This document shows positions 29,042-41,501 of a stretch of 64,000 bases of DNA, in pieces. Source of the DNA: Ptychomitrium polyphyllum. Taxonomy: Eukaryota. How positions within the stretch are numbered: the stretch's first letter is position 1; each line of letters begins with the position of its first letter. The notes beneath the pieces are model-generated. The model saw only the letters and a program-made list of their open reading frames with translations, had not been told where the DNA came from and ran no database searches. The stretch is taken from contig OZ316775.1 in NCBI GenBank assembly GCA_973851085.1, forward strand, positions 7,874,001 to 7,938,000. Direction: 5' to 3'. The position numbers and the translations under genes are program-made.

Positions 29042-29983
29042 ATGGCCTGCTCGGTGATAATGAATTCAGCGCCTGGTGTACCGGCAGCGCCATACATGGA
29101 CTTTGCTAAGGTGAGGTCGTCATCACCGGCAGAATTCGCTGGAAGTCGAACAGGCAGTGCGATGATGCCAATGCATCTAGCGAACCCGCCGTGCTCGTTA
29201 GCGTTTGTGTACGGGACGCTGAAGCAGGGATTTTCGAACCACTGGTTGATTGAAGACGTGGTGGGTGCAGGCCACGCTCATTTCATTGGCATGGCGAAGA
29301 CCAAGGAGCACTACCCACTCGTGTGTGGGCCCTTCCAAGTGCCCTTCCTGCTCAACATGCCGAATTCCGGTTTTCAAGTGAAGGGCGAGCTCTACGCGGT
29401 AAGCACTTCTATTTTCCCTCTCACGTCGAATTCCAGAACTGAATTGACGTCCAAAATGAAACTTCACATGAGAATTGTCCCAGATTTGTGTTCAAGTTTC
29501 AAGAATTCTTGCTTTAAAGCTTTCTTGGAAAAGTAAGCAAGTACTCAAATTCTGAATGGTTTTTATGTACTGTAGCAGATTTTTTCTGTGTCAGCTATGG
29601 CGTTTATGCCCTTAATTTGGCCCTTAGTCATTGAAAAGATGCCTTTCTGGTGGTTTTTTCAGGTGGATCAATCCGCTATAGAGTTGCTGGACGAGCTAGA
29701 GGGTGTGAATAAGGGCCATTACGAGCGGCGCCCTTTGGTGTTAACTGGTCTGCAATCTCGGGAGGTCGATTGTGCACCGTCTTCTGAAATTCTGGCGGAG
29801 GCTTACTTTGCAAACCCTTCATTGCAGCGTGGTTTATCAAGTGCACCCCATATTCCTGCGTACACGAAGAAAGAGACAGTTAACTATGTTTACAGGAAGG
29901 ACCGACCAAAGAACCGCACTTTTCTGGAGCACGTGAACCAATGGATTGACGCCCAGGGCCCTCTGTCCTACATTCGTGTGTGA
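29042..29983 (+). CDS. AIG2-like / gamma-glutamylcyclotransferase family protein, 2 exons (29042-29398, 29663-29983)
   Basis: [38 protein letters not shown] and LDELEG...HYER motifs; GT-AG intron in phase 0. Confidence 0.9.
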
Positions 29984-31540
29984 GTGACCAATGCCCCAGT
30001 TTGAACCGCAGGCTCTCAACTCAATAACAGATGCTGTGACCCTTGGGCAGACTTAGAGCTCAACACAAGCCCCATTTCAAGCCGAGCACCAGACCGAACG
30101 TCGTGTTGAAGCAAGCCTCACCACCAGTACATTCGGCCTACATCATGGCTTCCAGAGCTTCACTCCAAGAGCAGCAGTTCAGGGCATTTACACTTCGATT
30201 ATTCCAGTGCGTCATCTTGACAGCAGATGCCCATCTGCTTTGAGGTGGTCGGACTCAGCAGGAAACTGGCTTAGTATCTCAGCGTCGCAGTCAACATCAA
30301 AAGATCATGTCATTCGAAACAGAATCAGTTTGACCTCTGGAGCTGGATTTGTGGAATGTTCCTATGAGCGTTAGAGGGCTACCCTTCAACTTCATTATGC
30401 TGACTGTACAGTAAGAGGAGCCTTGCCTGGGTTCTATGTAACTGGGGGTGATATGGAATCCATGTGCTTATTAGTGCCTACAGCCTTATGCTGGAACGAG
30501 GTGCGGTGACGATATTCAGTGACAGTTTGGGATACCATTACGATACCAGAGATTTCATTGGGTGAGGTGTAGAGGGTTGCAAATCTGGAGAAGATTTGTG
30601 AACGTTTGGGAATAACGTAACGTCCTGTGAGCCTATTAATTGTTCTCTGAATAGAGGGAATATCGTTTGTAATCATTGAGCGTGGAAATGGTTCTAGTGC
30701 CAGATTGCTGTAAGAAAAATGGTCATTCAATCATTTGTGCTGTGCATGTTATTCATCTTCTCTTTCACATTGTCCATGACCGTGATGCATGGCAAAGGTT
30801 CCGCCAAACCTTGTGTAGATTCTTTAGTTCTTTCATTGTTATGCATGTATTGATGCCTGTGATCAAGTCATGTCGGATGGATGTAGTGTAGTTCAATTTA
30901 GGGAGGAGTTGTTAAGTAGAGAAATGTTCTTGGCAAATGGTATAACCAATTATTAAAGCTTTAGACTTCTTCTCACACTTACACTTTTGGATTATAGAGT
31001 TAGAAATAATTTGACTACTGCAAAAATATTTTATTTGTTCACTTGGTAAAGAATTTTGAAGGTTTCTTCTTATTTATCAATTATTCCATTGTTTTTTTCT
31101 AATCTTCTTGAATGTGAATTTTTGTAGTGAAAGGACAATATGATTATTGCCATAGTTAGCCAATAACCAAATCATGATAAGATTGACAGTAAGGGCCTTG
31201 CTCTTTGTATTGTTAAGCCCTCATATCTTTGAAGGGGCAAAATCTAGTGTCCATGGCAATTTGGCATATATGACTTTTAAGAAGTTTTATTTTGCTTTTT
31301 TCTAATTCTTCATTTTATTTTAAAGATTTTGTTGTAGATTCAATTCTTCTTTCCATTTCTCTCAATTTAGGCATATTTGTCTTTAAAGAATTTATTAGAT
31401 CATAGAATGGGAATTTTTAGAATTTCTAAAGTAGATGGTGGCACCTTTTAAGTGCAAGAGGCACTTTTTCATTACCATCATTGTTTTTTTTAGCAAGTTC
31501 ATGGATTTAATAACTATCTATGGCATAAAAGTGCTGGTAG

Positions 31541-31648
31541 CTGTAGTCAACTTTAATTTTTGCAATTTGTTGTTTGAAAATGAAGATTTGGTTTCTGTAG
31601 TCAACTTTAATTTTTGCAATTTGTTGTTTGAAAATGAAGATTTGGTTT
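31541..31648. repeat. 54-bp tandem duplication (2 copies) in AT-rich, probably TE-derived sequence
   Basis: CTGTAGTCAACTTTAATTTTTGCAATTTGTTGTTTGAAAATGAAGATTTGGTTT starts at 31541 and again at 31595. Confidence 0.9.
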
Positions 31649-32566
31649 TTAATTTCTGGATTTTGTTAATGGTACTTTTTTTAGTTGTAGGCATTGTTGT
31701 TGAAGATTTATGGTTTTGCTTCATTTTTTGTTGTATTAGTCTATGTTTTAGAGGTGTATAATTATGTTGAGCTAATGGCCAGCAAAATTCTTTTATGTTA
31801 TTGGTGACTCAAAGGTTATGACCTTGAAATTGTAAATTTGATGGTAAGTTCAAGAGTAGGTGTAGGTTGCTTTGAAGCCTTTAAATAATTACAAACACCT
31901 AAGTGGTTTCTTTTATGGTTTGGACTAGGAGTCAAATACTATTGATTGCCTTCACCAAATTACTTAAAAGGTGACTACATTGAAAACTTTGAGCTAATGG
32001 TGAATACCAAGAAGGCTATTTAGTTTATTTTGACATTGAACTCATATCCAACCAACTCATCAAATTCTACTACTTCATTGGTTCTAGACTATTCTTCTCC
32101 AATTTGTACTCTAATATAATATTGACTTCCTTCTAGAATATAATACTTGTAAATCCCTAATGTATCTTTGGTGAACATTGCTAGAAGATAATGAACATAG
32201 AGACACTTCAACCAAACAAGTTCATTATAAAAGATGAAAATCCTCCTTTTTTTAGGACTTTAATCATTTATCCATTTGCATTTATTGGAGACAAAGTAGG
32301 AAAATCATTTAATAAACCTATGTGATAAACAAATTTATTGTTTGAATAGAGACACTAGCAACCACCTGCATATTTATTCTTCAAACAATTTGCCACTGTA
32401 GAATATAGAAGTCAAATATGAGTCCACCCTCCACAAATGGGGCAATTCTCCTATACACAATAGGTTCCCTATATACATCAAAACAGGGCACAGGGTTTGA
32501 AAGGAACAGACTCATCGCTCATGCAAATCGTCCCTGTGGGTCCCACAAAAACCGAAATCCGGCACC

Positions 32567-33785
32567 TCAGAGAATGACCACATTTCCGTTGTAATGGTCC
32601 AAATGCGCACGGATTTCGGGGCCGCCGCTTTTGGTCACGAACGGCGCAGCGCCGCCGCGACGCCCGCGGGGACACTGGTGCGCGTTACGCGTCCTCCGCT
32701 GGTCACAGAGAGGTCCGCAGGACTGGCAAGGAACGTCGCCACAAACACCTTGTCCTGGAGGTACTGTACGTCTAGGGGAGAGGCAGCGTATCCTGCGCTC
32801 CGTTCGTAGCCGCCGGTTGCAGACGATAGAACAGAAAGACAGACTCCGCCGATGGGTCCAGGGTGTCTAGATTTGCTGCGTGGGCTTTGAAGGCTTTAAT
32901 GAAGATGCTCGCGATCTTGAGGGATCCTGAATGGTCGAGGTCGGACCAGTACGCGGGTGGATACTCTCGCGTGGTGTCGGCGGGGCCAAGGTAGGAGCTT
33001 TCACCCCAGTCTTTCCAGGTGACGAGCTGGATGTAGTCGGGTTTTAGGCTGAGGAGGTGCTGGAAGCGGGAGATGAAGAGTCGTTCGTCTTGCACGTGCG
33101 ACCAGTTTTGGTCGTTGTCGAAGCGTTTGAAGAACCAGGGGGCTATGGCCGCCATCCATTTCTTTCCGGAGGAGCGGCGAGCGGCGTCGTACGCGTTGTC
33201 CGTGTAGGATTCCTGCTCCGGGGTCTTCGTTGGGTGGATCCACGTGAAGGCGCCGTCGTAGTTTTGGAAAATGGCGGTGGCGTCGTCGGAGAGTGTGCCG
33301 GGGAGCATGAGGGTCGGGGCTTGGATGTGGTCTTGGACGTCGGTTTTCCAGTTCCACTCTGGGTCTCTGTCTTGGAAGGAGGAGAGCATCATTCGGCCGT
33401 CGACGTAGAGCTGTGCGGCGTTTTTGGCGTATCGGTTCGCGAGGTCGACGCACATTTCTTTTGTGAGCTTGTTGGGCTGGGATGTTGTGTCGAATGAAAG
33501 GAAGAGTTTAATTTTCTTGCCTTGCGCTGCAGCGTAGAAGCCTGCGAGGTAGCCTTCTTGGACGCTCCAATCGACATTGTAGCCGCCATAATTGAGGGCG
33601 AAGGCGTCGATGCCGGCTCCTATGGCGGCATCAATGTCTTTGGAGTAGTCCCCTCCTCGAGGACGGGTTATGAGCATGTAATGCGCAAAGACCAGTGGTG
33701 AAGATGAGCTCTGGGCGCGTATGAGGGTTTGAGGGCTTGAGAGTAAGCAGCCGAGTACGCAGAGCGCGAGGATTAATTCCCTCAT
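32567..33785 (-). pseudogene. Secreted glycoside hydrolase family 71 (alpha-1,3-glucanase/mutanase)-like gene, intronless, with two frameshifts in the C-terminal part
   Basis: Signal peptide MRELILALCVLGCLL. GH71-type motifs VFAHYM, GIDAFALN, KLFLSFD, WMAAIAPWFF, PDYIQLVTWKDWGESSYLGP and LFYRLQP. Homology continues past the TAG at 32772 in a shifted frame (LQDKVFVATFLASPADLSVTSGG...VPAGV) and in another shifted frame (RGG...YNGNVVIL*, TGA 32567-32569). Confidence 0.85.
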
Positions 33786-35750
33786 CTTGAATGGAGCTTC
33801 GATCGTCCAAAAGCTTGGGCAGGTCGGAAAGAGCGCAACAAATTATGTTTTACAACTAGAGAACAGTGACAGTATAAGGTCACCATAATTGGCAACCACG
33901 CTGGAATACACAAGAACTTAGCTTGCTACACCTTATAACACTTCTAGTCCTCTACAAATTGATTACATATTTGTACTGCACTTTAGCACAATATAGGTAC
34001 CTTTAGAAATCGTGTTAACTCATGTTAACCACCATGTACAAGCTTTTCACCAACAAAACATGAACACTGTTCATAGAATGTTAGCGGAAAACGCTCAATC
34101 CTACCTCTCCTTTGATTCGTGCAATATGCGGATGTGTTCGAACTCAACAACATCAGAGAAGCTAGAGTACTCACCTTGGTGTCTGCGCATACAATTGTCT
34201 CCAGTTTTAAGTAGCAAATTCATTTGTGTCACATGAATGTCAAATTCATGCGAGGAGGTTCAGGTGTTAATGGGAAAGTGACCTGCTGGTTTGAGGAAAC
34301 TTTGAAAAGTTGCTGCTGCCCATGAGCGGTGCTAGTGTACTAAGTGATTACGCCTCTGTTCGCACGGCATGTTGGACCAAACCACATGAGTGCCAATGGC
34401 ACAGTAGTCAAACAGACAGGATTGGTTTATAGAAGCTTTAGAACTTGTCAAATCAGTGAAGTACATCATCGTCACAGGCCGCGCTGAAATTATCCTTGCA
34501 GGCAGATTTTGTCTTCGGTATGTTTAGTACCGGCGTATCCTGTGACTATGAAGTCAATTGGTAAAGTAAGCGCATCTAAAACTGCATGGCTCGTCCTTAA
34601 ACCATCCATAAACTGGAAAACCCGTGATTTTACAATACACCTACAATGCAATCTAGCAGCACGTCATGACTGGCTTGTAGAATTTACATTCATATGTTGC
34701 TGACCCATGGAAAATTTCGCATTTGAGAAACAGCTGAATTATTGAAGCGTGATAAAAGCATTACCAGAATGTTCACGTACATGAACTGACTCTCTGGATG
34801 CCAACATGTTTATGGTTTAGTGACTATAAGCATGGATAGCCAAAAAAGTGACCTAGATTTAAATCTCAATGGCCACACTTGTTGCTACGACCATAGATCC
34901 TACACAGGTAGAGGTTATTTGGGTCAAGATGGTTACCTTGGATGCTCATTTGCACTCGGTTCCTAGTAGACAAATGCAGGGTAGTGTAAGAAAGACTCCA
35001 CCTTCATGGACATTCGTAGGGGGAACACTTGAATTACACGAACTATAATTAGTTATCAGATTTTAAATATTATTGTTATTGACTTTCTGGATCCAAACAC
35101 GACTAGATCTTGTTTTTTCAGAATATCATGAATCAGAAACGACATAAAGATTGCTCATTTGACACTCGTCAGATACTGGATAAGTCATCACTTCTCAAGT
35201 CGGTCACTCTACCACAATTTCCACAAACAGTCTCCTAGCATCACGACTCACAAAGCAATCATTTTGGCTCCTTGATTTGTTGCTGAAAATAGAACTGTGA
35301 ATTTTACAGAAACTACTGCCGATGAAAGGGATTTAAGTCTTTCCCACTTCCAGCCTAGAGTACAGAGATACCTGTGTTCCAAGCAGCCGTAACTTGGGGT
35401 GTGTTTCTTTCTACATCGTAATATTCATCATGGTAAACATGAACCTTTCATATTCCCAATCTACTACAGGGTCCAATTCTGTAGACGCAGCGGTCTTTGA
35501 AAATATATAATTCCAAGGTTGTTCTTTCATATTTGATACGTCGTATCAACAGATTTATCGACAGACGTATCAACAGATTGTTTCACCGGTGCAGACTCAC
35601 TCAGATCCCCTGTAGCCTGTATTATCCAAGCACATTTACGTGCGATGTTTGGAATAAAAAAGAAAAGGAAAGCCGACATGACTCAGTCTACATCTGATTA
35701 TGTCCAAAAAGTCAAGAATTTTACATACAAGCAAAGCTCTCTAAATGAAT

Positions 35751-35832
35751 ATTGTTGTGCAAATTGTTGTGCAAATTGTTGTGCAAATTGTTGTGCAAAT
35801 TGTTGTGCAAATTGTCGTGCAAATTGTCATGC
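35751..35832. repeat. 12-bp minisatellite (ATTGTTGTGCAA) x about 6.5
   Basis: Read directly; it produces the spurious CCAN repeats in ORF 35645-35950. Confidence 0.95.
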
Positions 35833-36945
35833 TCTTCTAAATTTCACCTCTAGAATACACAGGAATATGCAGTTAGAGAGCTTTGCCTGTATTATCCACA
35901 AAACCCATTCCTTCGATTCAGTGCGAACTTCACTTCATATTACATGCTGAAACCGTCAAGGATGGACGCATTCAAACATTGATGTGATATCGGGTGTTGA
36001 ATGGCTAACCTGAGTTTCAGAGTCTGCTTTCTTCTCAATCAGGTCCTTTTCTGCAAGTTTAGGCTGGTCATTTAAAAGTGATCCTAAGTAATCCCTATAG
36101 CTTATTTGCTTTCCATGTAGACTTGAACACTCACAATCTGGACCCTCCTGTGCATGCACATAGTCTAAGCACCCACTTTCCCAAAACGTCCACGATCTTA
36201 CAAGTGCACATGCCAGTAACTCATGCTACATTAGATGAGAAGTTAACAAGGCACATGTCGTCCTACCACAGCACTGAAGGGGCACTACAATCAATGTAAT
36301 CTTATCAGAAAAGACAACATTCCGTATATCTAAAAATTACTTGTTGCTAAAAGTGGAAAACCGTCAACAAAAAACAACGACATCTAACAAACAGATTGGT
36401 CATAAATAGGAATTTCAATTTCACAGCAAGTTTAGAGGTCTGGCTGAATACAATCAAGCGGTTCGACATCACCATCAGCACTAACACTCACTGGAAACTA
36501 GAAAGAATACTAGACGAGAATTTCTGCTATATAGCTTCGATTTTCCAACTACCATTCACAAATAATATCACCGTGATACAGCCTCACTAACTACAAGGTT
36601 ACAGTAATATCTCTTAGCCACACGGCCCTCCACTGTACCATATGAAGATCAGCACAACCTCCATGGCCTTCTCTAGATAATACACAAAAGTACACAATCA
36701 CCACACCGCAAGAATGAACGTACACCACTCTAAACGGATGCTTCCAAATACAATTAAAAATCCAAGAATCCAAGAATCTTCATCAACACTAAGGGGTAAG
36801 CAGTCCCGACTCCACTCAGCTTAGAGGGAAAAGCTGTCGTAAAACCGTCTGGCTGAAGCATCCAAGTGCCAACTACATCAATAAGCTCACATGGTACAAT
36901 GAAGTAAGGAATGTCCTACGTAGGTCGCCAGGTAAGAGGGATCTT

Positions 36946-37728
36946 TCAATCAAACTTTTCCTGCGAAGAAACTTCAGACTTTCTCCTAGAGGAGCTACCT
37001 TTATTGGTGGAGTAGAACTTTATCAATCCCACCCATAGCTTGTAAACCCAAATCATGCTCCCGAAGATTGCAAATGAGATCTTGAACATCCAACAATACG
37101 CTAGCCATCTTGGCATGATATTGTCCGCATGGCCTCCCAAGTAGAATTTCCCTAGTGTCCAGGTCAAGTACGGGCCAAAGCCTCCCCTAACGAGAGTAAA
37201 AAATACTGTGAAAAAAGGAGACAGTTTGGTGTATATTATCTTAGCTCTTGGAGATGTCTCCCGCGCCATCCGACACAGCGTCCAGATATTCTGCACTGGA
37301 CTTGTAACTTCTCCAGCTGCTATCAGACACATTACTGACATCGCCCCATGCCGAGTGAAGTATCGACATGATATCATGTACGTCAATGTAGCAACATGAT
37401 GTCCAATGAACAAGTAGTCATCCGGGGCAGTGATGATATAATTCAGTAAATCTACAATGAAGTACGCCATTGAATACTCCATTATTTTGTCCTGGAAAGG
37501 TGTGTTCGGAGCATCCAAAACCCATGCCTGGGAAAAGATTTCGTAACAGGCCAATGCCGCCACCACTGTTCCATGGGTCAGCGAAATCCCACAGCTAGCT
37601 GCATCGTACCGAAGCCTTCCCTTCCAAAGTTTCTGAAACACAAAAAAGTAACCATAGAAATACACGGCAGTAAACAAGCATGTCGACCCGATCAGAACCA
37701 GGTTGTTTGTGATGAAGCTCATGATCAT
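36946..37728 (-). CDS. TLC (TRAM/LAG1/CLN8) domain membrane protein, single coding exon, 260 aa
   Basis: Multi-pass hydrophobic ORF with SLTHG, YSMAYFIVDL, FIGHHVAT, GEVTSP and FTLVR motifs typical of TLC domains. Confidence 0.88.
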   Translation of the reverse strand: MIMSFITNNLVLIGSTCLFTAVYFYGYFFVFQKLWKGRLRYDAASCGISLTHGTVVAALACYEIFSQAWVLDAPNTPFQDKIMEYSMAYFIVDLLNYIITAPDDYLFIGHHVATLTYMISCRYFTRHGAMSVMCLIAAGEVTSPVQNIWTLCRMARETSPRAKIIYTKLSPFFTVFFTLVRGGFGPYLTWTLGKFYLGGHADNIMPRWLAYCWMFKISFAIFGSMIWVYKLWVGLIKFYSTNKGSSSRRKSEVSSQEKFD

Positions 37729-40143
37729 TGCAACTCCACAACCGTCGGTCCCTCAGAGGCACACAAAATCACATAAATGGATTCTCACAGGCGTCGAATG
37801 CCCTAAATTTCCAACCAGAGGGTTCTGTAGAAATTGTTCACCATCCACAAGTTGTGATCTCTACTGCTACACCCTTAAGATCATCTAGAATCCAAAACAA
37901 CCTGTTAAATAATTTCTCCTGCGCCCAATTGACAAAACGAAATATAAGCCAACACCCAATATGAAGCCCCGAATTATACACGAGTCAAAAAAGTGAGATC
38001 TGAAGAACACAACGGCATATAAGACTGTTGATAAGTTCCTTAATTACATGTCACTAACGATTTATACTTATGATTAAACCTCCGCAAGAACATAAAAATC
38101 TATATAACTTTCAATATCGAGCAAGTAGCGATGGCATTCGAACACAAAACATGCCAAAACGGAAATAAAACTTAATATTCCCCAAAACAATGAGTATAGT
38201 TCACGTCACGCAAGATGTATTTCCAGCTGATGTCACGGTTACAAATTACCAAACTATATCTGAACTAATACGTCTAATCAATAAAAAATAACTAGAGTGT
38301 TCGCAACGTGTAAACCCCACTTACAACTAAAAACCCTACTCGCAATCAAAAGTGAAATGTTTTCAAACCCTAATCACTTATGAAAATGACGCAAGGAACT
38401 ACACTAATACTAATGAATCAAATAACGCAGTGCGAGAACTGTAACGTTTTATGTTGCAACAAGAGAAGATTGCATTCAGTAATACGATTTCGACACCCAC
38501 AGAGCTCTTTAATCAAAGAGAAATTCTCTAAGAGTTCAAAATTTGACCATACCGCATTGATAGATAGGAGAAAAAATTCTCGAAATATCCAAATCAGAAT
38601 AGAGAATCTACCTCCTCGCACAAACTCTCAGTAGCCCTGATTACTGATGATTCTACACAACACCATCTACCCTCCAATCTGTCACTAAACAGCCCAATGC
38701 ACACATACACCAAATAAAATCCCTCAATGAAGAAAACCCGCCGGCCTCATCACACATAACAAAAAGCCTCCCAAAACCAACACCTTGACCACCACATCAA
38801 CCCCACACCTCCCCCACAAAAAGAAAAACGACAAACCACCCTGTTCTAAGATCCGTACACCCCATCGAAAACATGCACACGACATGAGTCAGCGACACCC
38901 AATACGCTCAAAGCGAAACCCAGCTTCCAGAAATGGACAATGCCCTGCAACGACGACACCCAAACATCCTCCCCAACCTGCAAGAGAATTCAAAAAGTGG
39001 AAAAAATATAACCACATTGTGGAGACATACAAGTGAACGATGGAACAACAAAAGGGAGTTCTTTCCAAGGAGATGAGCAGAGACGAACCTGGCACGTAAG
39101 AGATGGTCGCCGCGGCTCTGGCAGGCCGAGGAGCACGACACCAGAAGATGGAACCCAACAACAACACACACACACACACACACATACATGGCTTCGGTAT
39201 CAACGTAAGAACTCCCACGCCATGCCACACAGCCCTCGCTTGGACGGCCCCGATGCGCTCCGCGCAATCGACGGTGCTGGCTGGCCATGTGGAACCAGAT
39301 CGGTGGTCGGCAGAGGAAGATTCTCGCGCATCGCTATCGCTGCTGCGCCCGTGTGAAAGGGGTAAGCGATGCGTTCCGAAAACCGTCACTTACTCACCAG
39401 CCTGCACTTGCACTGCCCACTCGCTCCATGCGTTTCACATCGGAACCCTCCTCGGTGACTCCGAACACATATCGTTCTTCAGTGACTCCTCAAAGTGCCC
39501 TCTGCCCCTCAGAGGACAAAAACTCCACCCTAAGCTACGATTCCATTGCCAGTACCATGAGGATTGAGGGTGTTTGTGCGCAAAGCACCAAACGAGACTC
39601 GTGCATGCTCTACGTGCATTCATTCGGGCATGCCTTCACGATGCTTTGTTGTTGATTTCCCACTTTGCGGGATGATCCTCCGGAGGTTCTATGGAACCGT
39701 CACTAGACTGAGAGTGGACGTTGTCTCCTTGTGAAGCATTAGTGGCATGAAATGTGCGTAGAGAGTAGATGTTGTTGGTTTTTTGTACAGCGACTGTTTT
39801 GAGTATGCGGCCCTTCTTTTGTGAGCAAAGTAAAAGGCTCTCCTGAATGTAAAGTAGAAGGCGAGAGAATGCCAACTTTTTTTTTGGATCGAAGACAAAG
39901 CCACCAGGGTTTAGGATTTTAGAGTTTTGGGATTCAAGGTTTCGATCCGAGTTCGGAGTTCTGATTTATGGCAATTGCATGTGCAATCGTCGATATACAC
40001 ACCGACGATACCGTCGGTGATGTTCCAATTTCTGCGTTGAAACAGTCCAGAGTTTTTTTGTGTTGGTGGTCTGGTGGGTGAGAGAAGAAGAGTGTGAAGG
40101 CAATAGTGGGAGGGTTGGAGGGGGGTTTAGGGTTGAGGCGACA

Positions 40144-41043
40144 ATGGAAGCGAGTTTGAAGCCCGAGATGGCGAGGTGGGTGGTCATGTACCTCATCTAC
40201 ATCAACATCAAGAAGACGCTGGCGGAGGGGCGACGCATCAATGCATCCAAGGCGTGCGAGAATCCTACTGTCGCGGAGATCGGTGATTGCTGCCAGTATT
40301 TGAGGCTGTCCTGTGCAATCGAGGTGAGTTCTTTATCATACCCTGCTTCTCACATGGCACGGTTTAGCAATCGATGTAGTGATGCAGCTGTCTATCTTGA
40401 GTTGGCAACGCGCACGCGAGAGTTGTAAATATAAACCCAATTTTGATAAGGCTGAATTAGCCTCGTGCCTAAATCCGCACGCCAATGCGGTATTATGCTA
40501 ATACTTTCTTTGAGTTGTGGTTCTGAGATTGTATCCTGCTCTTCTTCTCGGATTGACTACAGCAGAGAATAACTCTTGCTGTTTGAACTTCACCAACATC
40601 AAGGTCAAAGTGAGTTGGGTTTCTGTAGTATGTGGAGTTTTATTGTATAGACTGACTTTTTTGCCCTCTAAACATGATCATGTTCTGCGGATGCCAGTTA
40701 GATAAAGCATATTCAAGAGACTTCATACAAAGAGGTCGAGTAAGAGTTCAGCTGAAACGAGAAGATGGCTCCCTCGTCAACCCTCTTGTACCTACACGTA
40801 AGTCTCCTCACCTCAACATTTGCACCTCAAGGTTCGCTTCATTCAAGCTCTTCCCTCCCATGGCCACTCTTGACTCAACTTGGTCTCTTGTGCTTTGCAG
40901 GTAAGACGTTGTTCTTAAAAGTTGCGGAGCTTGTGCCGAAACATCATGGTTGCAGCAAGAAGCAGGAACAATCTGGCTCAGCTTCTGGTTTGAGCAATGC
41001 CGCTTCTGGCAAATCTGGAAAGAGCGGTAAGAAGAAGAAGTGA
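40144..41043 (+). CDS. SRP19: Signal recognition particle 19 kDa protein, 3 exons (40144-40323, 40698-40797, 40901-41043)
   Basis: WVVMYLIYINIKKTLAEGRRI..KACENPT..EI.DCC, IE|LDKAYSRDFIQRGRVRVQLK, RKTLFLKVAELVP and a lysine-rich tail GKSGKKKK*. A probable 3' UTR intron lies at about 41102-41257. Confidence 0.93.
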
Positions 41044-41354
41044 GATCCTTCAACAGAGATCTTCTTCTCAATTTCTATCTTGGCAAAGCTTTGAATTCCT
41101 GGTATGTATTCCTCGGAGCAGGTGTGGGGCTCCTATTTCCAGAGTGAACTCTTGTGAAAATTCAATTGGGCTTTGCACGGGAGATAAGTGAGTAATGTTT
41201 GTTTTCCATGAGCTTCTCAAGGAGTCACTACTGTTATATTTGGTTTTAATTTCACAGGGTCTCTTTACGAAGTATTTTGTCCGAGCAATTCTGATTTATA
41301 AATTTATAATAGTCAGATGGAATATCACCTTGTTCAGATTTGAATAAAAAAGGT

Positions 41355-41426
41355 TCCGTAATAGTCTAGTGGTTAGGATACCTGGCTTTCACCCAGGCGA
41401 CCCGGGTTCGAGCCCCGGTTACGGAA
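41355..41426 (+). tRNA. tRNA-Glu(TTC)
   Basis: 72 nt. Acceptor stem TCCGTAA/TTACGGA, A-box TAGTCTAGTGG, anticodon arm CCTGG-CTTTCAC-CCAGG, T-arm CCGGG-TTCGAGC-CCCGG. Confidence 0.95.
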
Positions 41427-41442
41427 TTGTCGTGATTGACAT

Positions 41443-41445
41443 GCG

Positions 41446-41476
<31 letters not shown>

Positions 41477-41501
41477 GCGTGTTCGATCCACGCTCATCGC
41501 A
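41443..41501 (+). pseudogene. tRNA-Phe(GAA) copy with a 14-nt deletion of the 5' D-arm/A-box
   Basis: GCGGGG-AGAGCGTCAGACTGAAGATCTGAAGGTCGCGTGTTCGATCCACGCTCATCGCA matches plant cytosolic tRNA-Phe as recalled, except that ATAGCTCAGTTGGG is missing. A TTTT run follows at 41509-41512. Confidence 0.88.

Noticed and set aside
33001..33497. Overlapping and antisense ORFs of 146-150 aa within the GH71 gene
   Set aside because: Shadow ORFs expected from GC-rich coding sequence.
35645..35950. Cys-rich ORF (CCAN repeats) resembling a metallothionein
   Set aside because: The Cys pattern comes entirely from a 12-bp minisatellite, and the rest of the ORF has no recognisable features.
38889..39655. Cluster of 100-166 aa ORFs between the TLC gene and SRP19
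   Set aside because: GC-rich promoter/5' UTR sequence containing a (CA)n microsatellite, ORFs on both strands and no recognisable motifs.
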